DNA of 64,000 nt from an uncultured bacterium (GCA_903937035.1 CAIZXS010000004.1:4693-68692); one strand, 5' to 3'. Positions 1-8,922 are shown, counted from the stretch's first letter. Program-made: numbers and translations. The notes: a model not told the origin generated them from the sequence alone.

Positions 1-1
1 A

Positions 2-30
2 TTGACCGGTGAATATTCACCTGCTATGAT
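2..30 (+). promoter_or_regulatory. sigma70-type promoter with a perfect 14-bp palindrome in the spacer
   Basis: TTGACC(2-7), 17 bp, TG-c-TATGAT(25-30); GGTGAATATTCACC at 8-21. Confidence 0.65.
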
Positions 31-56
31 ATGGGCATAAGCATTAAGGGAAAAAT

Positions 57-1037
57 ATGGAGAACATGTCCAAAGAGGCAGAGAAAATATTAGAGGCAAT
101 AAAGCGCTATGGGCCCTTGCGGTCGGTCGAACTTGTGAAAATGCTTAGTGTTTCTACGAAAACGATTTATAAACATTTGACGAAATTGCTCGACGAGCAA
201 TTGATAAAAAAAACCGGAATGACTCCCAGGGTTTTTTATGTCGCGCTTGAAAATCATGCGGATGGTTTGGTGGTTTTTGACGAAGGCGATCGGATCATTG
301 AACAAAATTATATTTATGTTTCTCCGAGCGGGGAAATGACGCGGGGCGTGGCTGGATTTCAATTGTGGTGCGAAAGAAATAAATCTGATTTTTCAAAAGA
401 AAAAAAGTTATTTTACCAAAGATTCAAATCGATCCAAAAAATGAAAAGCGGAAAAGTGATTTCCGCAAAAAAAACCATTCTTTCAGGCAAAGGAGCGTTT
501 CATTTGGATGATATTTTTTTCAGTGATTTTTATACATTTGATCATTTTGGAAAAACGAAAATCGGGCAGTTGGTGTATCTAGGAAAAACTTCCCAGAACA
601 AAGAGCTGATTGGAGAAATTGCAAAAAATATCCGACCAGCAATCGAGGGCATTATGGGAAAATATGACATCAAGTTTGTTTGTTTCATTCCACCGACCAT
701 TGATCGCAAAGTGCAATTTTTGGATGTGTTGAAAAAAAGATTGAAGCTCGAATTGCCTGAGGTGATTGCAACAAAAATTCCGAGCGTGACCAGAGTACCG
801 CAAAAGACATTGCGGAAATTGGAAGATAGAATCATGAATGCCAAGACGACGATAGCGATTAATCCCAATCAAAAAATTGATGCGAATGTTCTCATTATCG
901 ATGATGCGACCGGATCGGGGGCGACGCTCAATGAAACCGCCGGAAAACTTAGGAATGTGGCGAAGAAAAAAATAAAAATCATCGGTTACTCGGTAGTGGG
1001 GAGTTATAAGGGATTTGATGTGATTAGTGAAGTTTAG
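57..1037 (+). CDS. winged-HTH plus phosphoribosyltransferase-domain protein
   Basis: N-terminal ELVKMLSVSTKTIYKHLTKL HTH; C-terminal PRPP-binding loop VLIIDDATGSGATL. Confidence 0.75.
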   Translation: MENMSKEAEKILEAIKRYGPLRSVELVKMLSVSTKTIYKHLTKLLDEQLIKKTGMTPRVFYVALENHADGLVVFDEGDRIIEQNYIYVSPSGEMTRGVAGFQLWCERNKSDFSKEKKLFYQRFKSIQKMKSGKVISAKKTILSGKGAFHLDDIFFSDFYTFDHFGKTKIGQLVYLGKTSQNKELIGEIAKNIRPAIEGIMGKYDIKFVCFIPPTIDRKVQFLDVLKKRLKLELPEVIATKIPSVTRVPQKTLRKLEDRIMNAKTTIAINPNQKIDANVLIIDDATGSGATLNETAGKLRNVAKKKIKIIGYSVVGSYKGFDVISEV

Positions 1038-1084
1038 CTGAGGCTTAAAACCGCAGCCAGCCGAGTGAGGATGTTTCTTTGGTG

Positions 1085-1148
1085 AAATCCACCTCACCCT
1101 TTCAATCCCACGCCGGTGGAATTGAAGTCTCCTTATAAAGGAGAGGGG
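1085..1148. repeat. palindromic REP-like element (CCACCTCACCC...CTCCTTATAAAGGAGAGGG) with an inner hairpin
   Basis: Hairpins 1101-1126 and 1128-1144; its ends recur inside ligA at 56849-56874. Confidence 0.55.
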
Positions 1149-1172
1149 ATGGGTGCGGGGGATGATAATATG

Positions 1173-1207
1173 GAAAGCGCTTCGATGAAAATCGGGGCGC
1201 TTTTTTT
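1173..1207 (+). terminator. Rho-independent terminator, copy 1
   Basis: AAAGCGCTTCGAT-gaaa-ATCGGGGCGCTTT followed by a T-run; near-duplicate at 1443-1479. Confidence 0.6.
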
Positions 1208-1212
1208 ATGCA

Positions 1213-1418
1213 TGTCATCCTCGCGGATGCGGGGATCCAGTGTGAAGGCTTAATAAAAAAAATATCAGCCAGATGTTTTGATAGTTGAAGAAGCACAGAG
1301 AACTAATCAAAAAAGTAGAGCCACCCAGAAAGAGTTACATTCTAATATGGCCTTGAGACTGGATTCCCGCCTTGCTCCACCGCTAAAGCTAAGGCGGCAC
1401 GCGGTCGCGGGAATGACA
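1213..1418. repeat. REPIN-like element: inverted pair of TGTCATCC(T/C)CGC..GCGGGGATCCAG palindromes, right unit carrying a nested insert
   Basis: Left unit 1213-1240; right unit CTGGATTCCCGCCT[insert]TCGCGGGAATGACA 1359-1418; same family at 58956-59145. Confidence 0.7.
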
Positions 1419-1442
1419 CAGAAAAAAGAGGGATGGCACGGG

Positions 1443-1479
1443 GAAAGCGCTTCGATTTCGGTCGGGGCGCTTTATTTTT
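1443..1479 (+). terminator. Rho-independent terminator, copy 2
   Basis: AAAGCGCTTCGAT-ttcg-GTCGGGGCGCTTT followed by a T-rich tail. Confidence 0.55.
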
Positions 1480-1527
1480 CCCAAAATACTGGTATAATAA
1501 AAACATAATAATTTAAAACTTAAACAT

Positions 1528-2301
1528 ATGGTAGTGCTCGCTGCTTTAATGCCAATCATTATTCCCGCCTTTATTTTCTTGGTCTTGCCAGGATTTCGGG
1601 TGGTGCAACAATATGAAAAGGGCGTGGTCTTTCGTTTTGGAAAAATCATTTCCAGTCGTGAGCCGGGATTGAATTGGATTATTCCTTATGTTGACCGGAT
1701 GCGAAAAATTGATTTTCGCACAGTGACCTTGCCAATTCCACCGCAAAAGATTATTACCAAAGACAATGTTTCGGTGGACATCTCGGCTGTGGCTTATTAC
1801 AAAATAGTCGATGCGGAAAAAAGTATTGTGTCGATTGAAGATGTGAGGAGCGCGATCAATCAGATTGCGCAAACAACAGTGCGCAATATTGTTGGTCGTT
1901 TTCAATTGGATGAAGTGCTTTCTGAGCGAGATGAGATTAACAAAGAAATTAGTACGGTGCTTGATAGTAATACTGAGCCATGGGGCGTATTGGTTTCTGT
2001 GGTGGAAATTAAAGATATTGAACTGCCGGAAAATATGCAAAGAGCAATGGCTAAACAAGCGGAAGCGGAAAGAGAGAAGCGGGCAAAAATTATCGCAGCG
2101 GAAGGTGAGCTTTTGGCGAGTCAAAAATTGGCTGAAACGGCTGACGTGATGGCAGCGCATCCGATTGCGCTCCAGCTGCGCAATTTGCAAACAATGGCGG
2201 AAATCTCAGTTGAGAAAAATTCCACCATCATTTTCCCGGCGCAGTTTATGGGAACAGTCAATGATATCCAGGCTTTTCTTGCTAAGGAGAAGATAAAATA
2301 A
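1528..2301 (+). CDS. SPFH/Band-7 (stomatin/slipin) family membrane protein
   Basis: N-terminal TM; [41 protein letters not shown] motifs. Confidence 0.92.
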   Translation: MVVLAALMPIIIPAFIFLVLPGFRVVQQYEKGVVFRFGKIISSREPGLNWIIPYVDRMRKIDFRTVTLPIPPQKIITKDNVSVDISAVAYYKIVDAEKSIVSIEDVRSAINQIAQTTVRNIVGRFQLDEVLSERDEINKEISTVLDSNTEPWGVLVSVVEIKDIELPENMQRAMAKQAEAEREKRAKIIAAEGELLASQKLAETADVMAAHPIALQLRNLQTMAEISVEKNSTIIFPAQFMGTVNDIQAFLAKEKIK

Positions 2302-2413
2302 AGCTTATTTTGAACTTTTAAAAAAGTGTTCTGGTATGAACTGGAGCGCTTTTTTTGTTGACTTTTTGTGCTATAATTCACCCAGAAGTTTTTAATTAAC
2401 TAATAAAAAGCCT

Positions 2414-4249
2414 ATGTGTGGAATTGTTGGTTATATTGGGAAAAGAAATGCTCTGCCGGTCCTGATGGACGGGCTAAAGCGCTTGGAGTATCGTGGGTAT
2501 GACAGTGCGGGAATTTCGCTCGTGCAAAAGAAGCGGATCAAAACTTGGCGTGCGGTTGGGCGGGTGAGTGAGTTGGAAAAGAAAATTAATATAGAAGAAA
2601 TGGGTAATGTGGGAATTGCGCACACTCGTTGGGCGACGCATGGCGAGCCATCGGAAAAGAATGCGCATCCGCACTCGGATTGTGGGAAAAATATCAGTCT
2701 TGTGCATAATGGAATTATTGAAAATTATGCGGAACTGAAAAAACTGCTCAGCAAAAAGGGTCACCGCTTCTCATCAGAGACAGACACGGAAGTGGTGGTG
2801 CATTTGATTGAAGAACTTGCCAAGAAAAAAACTTTTATGGAGGCGCTCACGGAGGCGGTTAGGCTCTTGGAGGGGACTTATGGATTGGCTATCATAACGA
2901 GCAAGGAGCCCGGGAAACTTTATTGTGCGCGAAAAGGCAGCCCGCTGATTTTGGGAGTAGGGACGGATGAGTTTATTGTGGCTTCTGACGCGTCAGCTAT
3001 TGTGAGTCATACTAAAAAAATCGTCTATCTGGAGGACGGAGAGATTGCGGAAATCAGCCCGGATGGTTTCAATATTTTTAATGCTAAAAATCACAAAACA
3101 GCTAAGCAAATCTTTGAGGTTAATCTGACTGACGAGCAAGTGAAAAAACAAGGCTTTCCTCACTTCATGCTCAAGGAAATTTTCCAGCAGCCAGATGCTG
3201 TGCGAAATGCTTTGCGTGGTCGGGTGGAGAAGTTTCTCAGTGAAGATGGTGGGCCGATTCCCGGGGGATTACTCTGCGTGGAAAAGCGTTTGAAAAAAAT
3301 TAGACGCATTGTGATTGTGGCTTGCGGCACTTCCTATTACGCCGGTCTCGCGGGGAAATATCTCTTGGAGGAATTTTCCGGCCTGCCAACCGAAGTGGAG
3401 AGCGCCAGTGAATTTCGTTATCGCAAAAATACGATCGATGAACACACGGCGGTGCTGGCGATTTCTCAATCAGGAGAGACGGCTGATACACTCGAAGCGA
3501 TCCGCGAAGCGAAACTGAAAGGGGCACTTACGCTCGGCATTGTGAACACGGTTGGTTCAACGATTGCGCGGGAAACTGACGCGGGGATTTATTGTCATGC
3601 GGGACCAGAAATTGGCGTTGCTTCGACGAAAGCTTTTTCTTCTCAGCTTTCGATTTTAGTTCTTCTGACACTCACTCTTGGTCGCCAACGAAGATTATCT
3701 TTCTCAGAGTCAAAAGCCTTAGCCACGGAATTGCAGAAAATTCCAGAAAAAATTGAGGCAATTCTCCGTGACAAAAACACAATCAAAAAACTGGCCAAAA
3801 AATATGCGCATTTTAGTGATTGGTTGTATCTGGGGAGAAAATATAGTTTTCCCATTGCGCTTGAAGGCGCTCTGAAGATCAAAGAAATTTCCTATGTGCA
3901 CGCTGAGGGCTATGCGGCCGGGGAGATGAAGCATGGTCCGATTGCTCTCATTGATGAAAAATTCCCTTCTTTTTTTATCGCTCCAACGGATAGTGTTTAT
4001 GAAAAAACGATGAGCGGAATGCAAGAAGTCAAAGCGCGCAAAGGAAAGATTTTGGCTGTGGCAACAGCGGGAAACAAAAAAATCAAGGATTTAGTGGATG
4101 ATGTGGTCTATATTCCAGCTGCGCCTGAGGCTTTTTCCTCATTTCTCAGCGCCACCGTCACCCATCTTTTTGCCTATTATGTCGGGACTGCTAAGGGCTA
4201 TGACGTGGATCGGCCGAGAAATCTGGCCAAAAGCGTGACAGTGGAGTAG
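2414..4249 (+). CDS. glmS: glutamine-fructose-6-phosphate aminotransferase
   Basis: MCGIVG start, EYRGYDSAG, HTRWATHG, SQSGET, PRNLAKSVTVE end. Confidence 0.98.
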   Translation: MCGIVGYIGKRNALPVLMDGLKRLEYRGYDSAGISLVQKKRIKTWRAVGRVSELEKKINIEEMGNVGIAHTRWATHGEPSEKNAHPHSDCGKNISLVHNGIIENYAELKKLLSKKGHRFSSETDTEVVVHLIEELAKKKTFMEALTEAVRLLEGTYGLAIITSKEPGKLYCARKGSPLILGVGTDEFIVASDASAIVSHTKKIVYLEDGEIAEISPDGFNIFNAKNHKTAKQIFEVNLTDEQVKKQGFPHFMLKEIFQQPDAVRNALRGRVEKFLSEDGGPIPGGLLCVEKRLKKIRRIVIVACGTSYYAGLAGKYLLEEFSGLPTEVESASEFRYRKNTIDEHTAVLAISQSGETADTLEAIREAKLKGALTLGIVNTVGSTIARETDAGIYCHAGPEIGVASTKAFSSQLSILVLLTLTLGRQRRLSFSESKALATELQKIPEKIEAILRDKNTIKKLAKKYAHFSDWLYLGRKYSFPIALEGALKIKEISYVHAEGYAAGEMKHGPIALIDEKFPSFFIAPTDSVYEKTMSGMQEVKARKGKILAVATAGNKKIKDLVDDVVYIPAAPEAFSSFLSATVTHLFAYYVGTAKGYDVDRPRNLAKSVTVE

Positions 4250-4278
4250 AATAGAGGGTGCCTGATTGGAGCGCGAAT

Positions 4279-4307
4279 TTGACAATTTGGCTGATTTGTG
4301 CTAAGAT
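4279..4307 (+). promoter_or_regulatory. near-consensus sigma70 promoter
   Basis: TTGACA, 17 bp, TG-c-TAAGAT. Confidence 0.7.
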
Positions 4308-4320
4308 TTGGAGTTGTTAG

Positions 4321-4380
4321 TTCATTCAAGTCAGTTTTTTTGTTGTCCTTTGGGGCAATGAGGAAGCTGATTTGAATGGA
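4321..4380 (+). ncRNA. 28-bp 5'-UTR hairpin (candidate cis-regulatory RNA)
   Basis: 4321-4348 pairs with 4353-4380 at every position, 8 of them G-U. Confidence 0.55.
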
Positions 4381-4426
4381 TTACATGATAAAGTATATTA
4401 ACAATTTGAAGGAAGGAGTTTGATAG

Positions 4427-4789
4427 ATGAAAATTCTAGTAGTGGATGATGAGGCTTTTGGCACGATATTGTTTATGATGCTGGAGTATTTATTTCCAGC
4501 GTGCGTTGACGTTGCCAGTAATTTGGTCGAAGCGCAGGAATATCTGCGGAGTTATCCGTATGATTTTGTCTTGAGTGATCTTAATTTAGGCAAAGGCGCT
4601 GAGCGGGATGGAATTGAAATTCTTCGCGAAGCAAAGAAAAATAACATCGATGTTGTGGCAATCCTTATGTCGGCTGAAAGAATGAAAGCGGAAGAAATTA
4701 CAGCGGCAGGGATCGATCAATTTTTGGAAAAGCCCATTGAGATGGAGCTGATTAAAAAGACAATTCAAAATTTCTGGAAAAGGAGTTGA
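4427..4789 (+). CDS. single-domain response regulator (receiver)
   Basis: KILVVDDE, phospho-acceptor VLSDLNL, DGIEIL, FLEKP. Confidence 0.88.
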   Translation: MKILVVDDEAFGTILFMMLEYLFPACVDVASNLVEAQEYLRSYPYDFVLSDLNLGKGAERDGIEILREAKKNNIDVVAILMSAERMKAEEITAAGIDQFLEKPIEMELIKKTIQNFWKRS

Positions 4790-4793
4790 AGCG

Positions 4794-5168
4794 ATGAAAT
4801 TTCTTGTTGTTGGCGCAGAATCTTTCGGCCAGCTGATCGCTGGAATGCTCAAGATGCTGCCTGTTGGATGGGATGTTGATTTCGCAAAAACAACAGCAGA
4901 AGCCTTCGAATTGATGGATAGTGGCTGCTATGATTTCGTGATCAGCGAGCTGAACTTTGATGCTGAGGCGAACTGCAATGGAATCGGCATTCTCATCAAG
5001 GAAAAGAGGATAAATCCAAGAGCAGTGGTAATTCTTGTCTCGGCTGAAGATATTCATGTTGAGGCAATCAAAAAGCTCGGGATAGATTACATCCTGGAAA
5101 GGCCAATCACTTCGGATCAAGTTCAGGAAGCTGTGGGAAATTTTCTCGAAAAAATGGAGGAGACGTGA
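4794..5168 (+). CDS. degenerate (pseudo-)receiver domain, paralog of the preceding gene
   Basis: Colinear with 4427-4789 but DD->GA, acceptor D->E (VISELN), KP->RP. Confidence 0.75.
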   Translation: MKFLVVGAESFGQLIAGMLKMLPVGWDVDFAKTTAEAFELMDSGCYDFVISELNFDAEANCNGIGILIKEKRINPRAVVILVSAEDIHVEAIKKLGIDYILERPITSDQVQEAVGNFLEKMEET

Positions 5169-5353
5169 ATAATATCCTTTGGTATCATGAACTGTTGGGG
5201 AGGTTATCTTGGTTGATGGGGTCATTATTTTTGCTTGGTGGGTTCATGCTTCTAGCAAGGGGTACATTATGGAAAAACTTGATTGGAAAAAACGGTCCTC
5301 CGGTGAACCGCCGGAAGACTGCGTCATTGGAGGTGCTGATAATCCTCCCATGA
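5165..5353 (+). CDS. small single-TM protein
   Basis: GGAGG SD, GTGA overlap with the upstream stop, hydrophobic LSWLMGSLFLLGGFMLLA. Confidence 0.55.
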   Translation: MNNILWYHELLGRLSWLMGSLFLLGGFMLLARGTLWKNLIGKNGPPVNRRKTASLEVLIILP

Positions 5354-5475
5354 ACACCAAGAAGGGTGATGTCGCAGTTATGGTAGTTGTTTTGATAAAT
5401 ACTGTGACAGAGAAAAAGGTAGGAAGAAAATCAGGGATGATTCAGATCCCGATTGATTTTCGAAAGAGCGCTTAA
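5350..5475 (+). CDS. 41-aa micro-protein
   Basis: ATGA overlap with the upstream stop; MNTKKGDVAVMVVVLINTV... Confidence 0.35.
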   Translation: MNTKKGDVAVMVVVLINTVTEKKVGRKSGMIQIPIDFRKSA

Positions 5476-5497
5476 TGTCACGCGAAAGGAGGTAGGG

Positions 5498-5650
5498 ATG
5501 ATGGAAGTCTGTCTGACAATCGTCAGGAGCCCTACTTTCTTTATCGGAGTGGGAGCAGTATTTGTTTTTTTACGGGTAAATGGATTTTTTCGCTTCCGTA
5601 GAAAGAAGAAATTTTCCCTTGAAAGGAGGGGTGTTCCATGGGACGAGTAA
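5498..5650 (+). CDS. 50-aa single-TM micro-protein
   Basis: AAAGGAGGT SD; FFIGVGAVFVFL followed by a basic tail. Confidence 0.55.
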   Translation: MMEVCLTIVRSPTFFIGVGAVFVFLRVNGFFRFRRKKKFSLERRGVPWDE

Positions 5651-5805
5651 TAAAATTTGTTCTTGTTGGCATAGCAGGGTTGGGGTTGCTTTTCTTGGCG
5701 ATACCAAATCCATTTGTTTCATTGTTCGGTCAGATTTTTGGCACAGTAGCTTTTTCCACTGCTGCCATTAAATTTCTGGATACTGCCGACAAAAATGGCC
5801 AATGA
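5638..5805 (+). CDS. 55-aa hydrophobic micro-protein (not in the ORF track)
   Basis: AAAGGAGG SD; MGRVIKFVLVGIAGLGLLFLAIPNPFVSLFGQIFGTVAFSTAAIKFLDTADKNGQ*. Confidence 0.6.
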   Translation: MGRVIKFVLVGIAGLGLLFLAIPNPFVSLFGQIFGTVAFSTAAIKFLDTADKNGQ

Positions 5806-5822
5806 CTTGGAGGAGTCTTGGC

Positions 5823-5865
5823 AAAAAGGAATTAGGAGCTGAATTCGCCCCTGGTTCCTTTTTTC
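5823..5865 (+). terminator. terminator closing the receiver cassette
   Basis: AAAAAGGAATTAGG...CCTGGTTCCTTTTTT. Confidence 0.55.
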
Positions 5866-5952
5866 TTTGGGAAAAAATAAAATTCATCTCATCTTCGACG
5901 CGGCAAAGATGAAGTGGATTTGGGGATATTTTTGTGGTATTCTTGGGATATC

Positions 5953-6672
5953 ATGGACTATAAATACACCAGCCTAATAATATCCAAAAGAGACATCTCG
6001 GAAGTGGACCGGATCTATAATTGCTATACTTTGGAAGATGGAAAAATCCAAGCTGTTGGGCGTGGTGTGCGTCGTCCAAACGCAAAGTTGGCAGGGAATT
6101 TGGAGCCACTAACGCATTGTGAAATCTATGTTTCCAAGCGGAAAGGTTTGGGTAATATTACCGGTGCGATTGCTGTGAATAACTTTTTATCCATAAAAAA
6201 CGATTTTTCGGCGATTAGTCGGGTCTTTTGGGCGCTTTCCCATTTCGACAAGTTGATCTCTCAGCAAGAGAAAGATGCGTATGTTTTCGAGCTGCTTATT
6301 GCCTACCTAGAAGCAATGGAAAAATTAAGTGGGGAAAAGAAAGCGGAGTATAAATTTGACATTGTTACTTTGGGATTTCTTTTTCGGCTCACTGAAAATT
6401 TGGGGTATAAAATTCGAGTGGAGAATTGTGCCAACTGCGGAAGGAAAATCACAGCGGGGAATGAGAATTTTTTTAGCGCTGAGCGAGGTGGGGCGTTGTG
6501 CGCCATTTGCGCCAAGACAGAAAGAAAAAAAGTCAAAAATAGCGACACGTCAATAAAGCTCGTGAAAATATTTTTAAAAAATAAAATTAGCAGTTTTTCC
6601 AAGCTGGAGGTGGCGGAAAAAGATTTGCGTGAGTTGAAGCTGATTTGGAATGAATTGATTAACTGGGTGTAG
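5953..6672 (+). CDS. recO: DNA repair protein RecO
   Basis: EVDRIY..YT...GKI.A..RGVRR...KL.G.LEP OB fold; CxxC...CxxC Zn finger; ATG at 5953 preferred. Confidence 0.92.
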   Translation: MDYKYTSLIISKRDISEVDRIYNCYTLEDGKIQAVGRGVRRPNAKLAGNLEPLTHCEIYVSKRKGLGNITGAIAVNNFLSIKNDFSAISRVFWALSHFDKLISQQEKDAYVFELLIAYLEAMEKLSGEKKAEYKFDIVTLGFLFRLTENLGYKIRVENCANCGRKITAGNENFFSAERGGALCAICAKTERKKVKNSDTSIKLVKIFLKNKISSFSKLEVAEKDLRELKLIWNELINWV

Positions 6673-6712
6673 GGGCTCTTGCGCGAATGGATTTTTTTGG
6701 TATAATATAAAT

Positions 6713-7462
6713 ATGAAAAAAGAAATCAAAAAAAATAAAAAAGTAGTTACGTTGAATCTGCCGAAAGAAATTCCAGCTGAGAAAAAAATAGTGGGATTGG
6801 GTGAGAAAATGAACAAAGATATTTCCGTCATTTTTGCGTTGGTAGCTGTGATTGTGGTGGTGGTTTTTTTTGGTGGATGGGCGTGGCATCTGAACAATCA
6901 AATAAAAAATTGCTCATCTGCAAATTTCACAAAAAATTTACCTGAAAAAAACGCATTGAAAAAAAAGAATAATTTGCTTGAAAAACAAGTAGTAAGCAAT
7001 GAGGTAGTTTACACTAATAAGGAGCTGGGCTTTGAATTGCTCATACCAAAAGATGGTAAGCGGTTTGCGGTCAAAGAAATTTCTCCCAAGGGCATGAATT
7101 CAGCAGTCACTTTCGGATTGCCCTTTGCTGACAGTGAAGTTAGGAAAGTTAAAAAGGAGGATTATAGTGAGATATTTCGGATAGAATTGGTGCCGGTAGT
7201 CGATTTGGAGAAAGCTAAAAAAACGTGTCGCGATAAAAATAGGCAGTTTCCTCTTTGTGACAATGATGATCGGGAATTGGGGCGAAATGCTCAATTTGTG
7301 TTTGTGTATACGCGGTATGACAAGTTGGACGTAGTGGAAAAGAGCAAAACAAAGCTGATTCCTGATGATTTTGATGAGTCTGTCTTCTCCGAGGCGGATG
7401 ATATTATCAAGAGTTTTCGCTTAATTCCAGTGCAAGTTGGAGTGGGAGATCGTAATTTATAG
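6713..7462 (+). CDS. hypothetical single-pass membrane protein
   Basis: TM ISVIFALVAVIVVVVFFGGWAW; YTNKELGFEL (PsbP-like start of an extracellular domain). Confidence 0.7.
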   Translation: MKKEIKKNKKVVTLNLPKEIPAEKKIVGLGEKMNKDISVIFALVAVIVVVVFFGGWAWHLNNQIKNCSSANFTKNLPEKNALKKKNNLLEKQVVSNEVVYTNKELGFELLIPKDGKRFAVKEISPKGMNSAVTFGLPFADSEVRKVKKEDYSEIFRIELVPVVDLEKAKKTCRDKNRQFPLCDNDDRELGRNAQFVFVYTRYDKLDVVEKSKTKLIPDDFDESVFSEADDIIKSFRLIPVQVGVGDRNL

Positions 7463-7545
7463 ATTTTTTTTGATTTTTTTGGTGGAGACAGAGCTTTTTT
7501 GTCTTCACTTTTATTTTTCTGCGAATGTTGCTATAATATCAAAGT

Positions 7546-8763
7546 ATGAGTTATCAAAAAACAATAAAAAATTTAGCATTAACCATTTTTGTGGTTTGGT
7601 TAATTGTTTTTGATTTCAGGATCTATCAGGAAAAAGCCTTTGCGGCAGATGATGCGGAGGATATTAAGGAGGATATCGAAAAGGTGCAAAGTAAGGCAGA
7701 GAAGGTGAAAAAAGAACTGAATACTTCTCAAACATTGCTTCAAAAAAAGAATGTAGAATTAGGAGTGACAAAAAATTTATTGCAAAAAACACAGAGTGAG
7801 ATTGGAAGAAAGGAAGTTGAGGTTAATAATCTTAATCAGCGGATAAAATTAAGTAGAGAGATGTTAGAAGGCTATATTCTAGAAGCCTATTATGCCGACG
7901 AAGATCCTCTTTCCGGATTACTCTTGGGTGATGTTAGAGATTATGGTATGTCAGGAGATTTCGATCAAATTTTAAATGTGAAAGAAAGGATAGTGCTCAC
8001 GCTTGGTGAAATTAAGAAGGCCAAAGAAGACGTTGCTAAGACTAAAGAGGAATTGGATAGTAAAAAAGAGGATCATGAAAAGTTGATTACTATTCAACAG
8101 AGTCAGCAGGTTGAGATTAAGACTGATATCAATCAAGCGCAGGCGACACTGTCTGAGCTTAATGCTAAGATTGATAAATTGAAAAGCGAATTGTCGAGTC
8201 TGCTCACTACTGCGGTTAGTTTTAAGAATGTAACAGACGCGGCGACTTTTGCGGCCAAGGTAACTGGTATTCGCAAGGACTATCTTCTAGGTGTTTTGGT
8301 TGTGGAGTCTAACCTTGGGCGCTATACCGGAGGCTGTAACTTTAAGGAAAGTCGGATGAGTGGTTATCGGGCATCAGTTTTTAAGGAGATTTGCAATGAG
8401 CTTAAGTATGATTATAATAAGCAAAAAGTTTCTTGCCCACCCAAAGGGTATAAGGGTACTGGTGGTGCGATGGGTGTGGCACAATTCATGCCAGATACTT
8501 GGGCTGGATATAAGAGTTCGATTGCTTCGGTGACTGGGCATAAGACGCCCGATCCATGGAGCTTGACTGACGGTGTGGTGGCGATGGCGCTAAAACTTAC
8601 AAAGGTTGATGGCGTAAAAGAGCACAAAAAATCCGCTGAAGCTAAGGCCTATTGTGTGTATTTGGCTGGTGGCAATTGGCCGGCATATTGCGATTCAAAA
8701 GGGGTTAACTATGGTGAAAAAGTGCTATATTGGGCTGATAATTATGAACGGGTAATGAATTAA
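7546..8763 (+). CDS. coiled-coil lytic murein transglycosylase
   Basis: Signal peptide (AFA), long coiled coil, VESNLG catalytic Glu, GAMGVAQFMPDTW. Confidence 0.85.
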   Translation: MSYQKTIKNLALTIFVVWLIVFDFRIYQEKAFAADDAEDIKEDIEKVQSKAEKVKKELNTSQTLLQKKNVELGVTKNLLQKTQSEIGRKEVEVNNLNQRIKLSREMLEGYILEAYYADEDPLSGLLLGDVRDYGMSGDFDQILNVKERIVLTLGEIKKAKEDVAKTKEELDSKKEDHEKLITIQQSQQVEIKTDINQAQATLSELNAKIDKLKSELSSLLTTAVSFKNVTDAATFAAKVTGIRKDYLLGVLVVESNLGRYTGGCNFKESRMSGYRASVFKEICNELKYDYNKQKVSCPPKGYKGTGGAMGVAQFMPDTWAGYKSSIASVTGHKTPDPWSLTDGVVAMALKLTKVDGVKEHKKSAEAKAYCVYLAGGNWPAYCDSKGVNYGEKVLYWADNYERVMN

Positions 8764-8775
8764 TTTTAGTATTTT

Positions 8776-8922
8776 ATGACTTACGCCTACCCCAAAAACA
8801 ATCTTCAACGCGCGTGACTGTCTAAGACTTACTTTTGCTTCTTTTAGCTCTCAATACTACTGAAATTTTCCAGACTAATCTTGGCTATAGAGAAGCTTGC
8901 TTTTGGCAAACGCGTAAGGCCT
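8776..8922. mobile_element. ~145-bp MITE-like element, GACTTACGC terminal-inverted-repeat family, copy 1
   Basis: GACTTACGC ... TTGGCAAACGCGTAAGGCCT; related copies at 25463 and 61238. Confidence 0.6.

Noticed and set aside
1102-1508. Short ORFs 1102-1296 and 1278-1508
   Set aside because: They are translations of palindromic repeats (WIPASARMT, LDSRLAPP), not credible genes
1546-2190. Long antisense/alternate-frame ORFs (also 18996-19571, 33346-34008, 57687-58202)
   Set aside because: They are shadows of well-supported genes with no motifs or translation signals
2302-2413. glmS ribozyme upstream of glmS
   Set aside because: The leader after the TGCTATAAT box is only ~35 nt and AT-rich, with no ribozyme core
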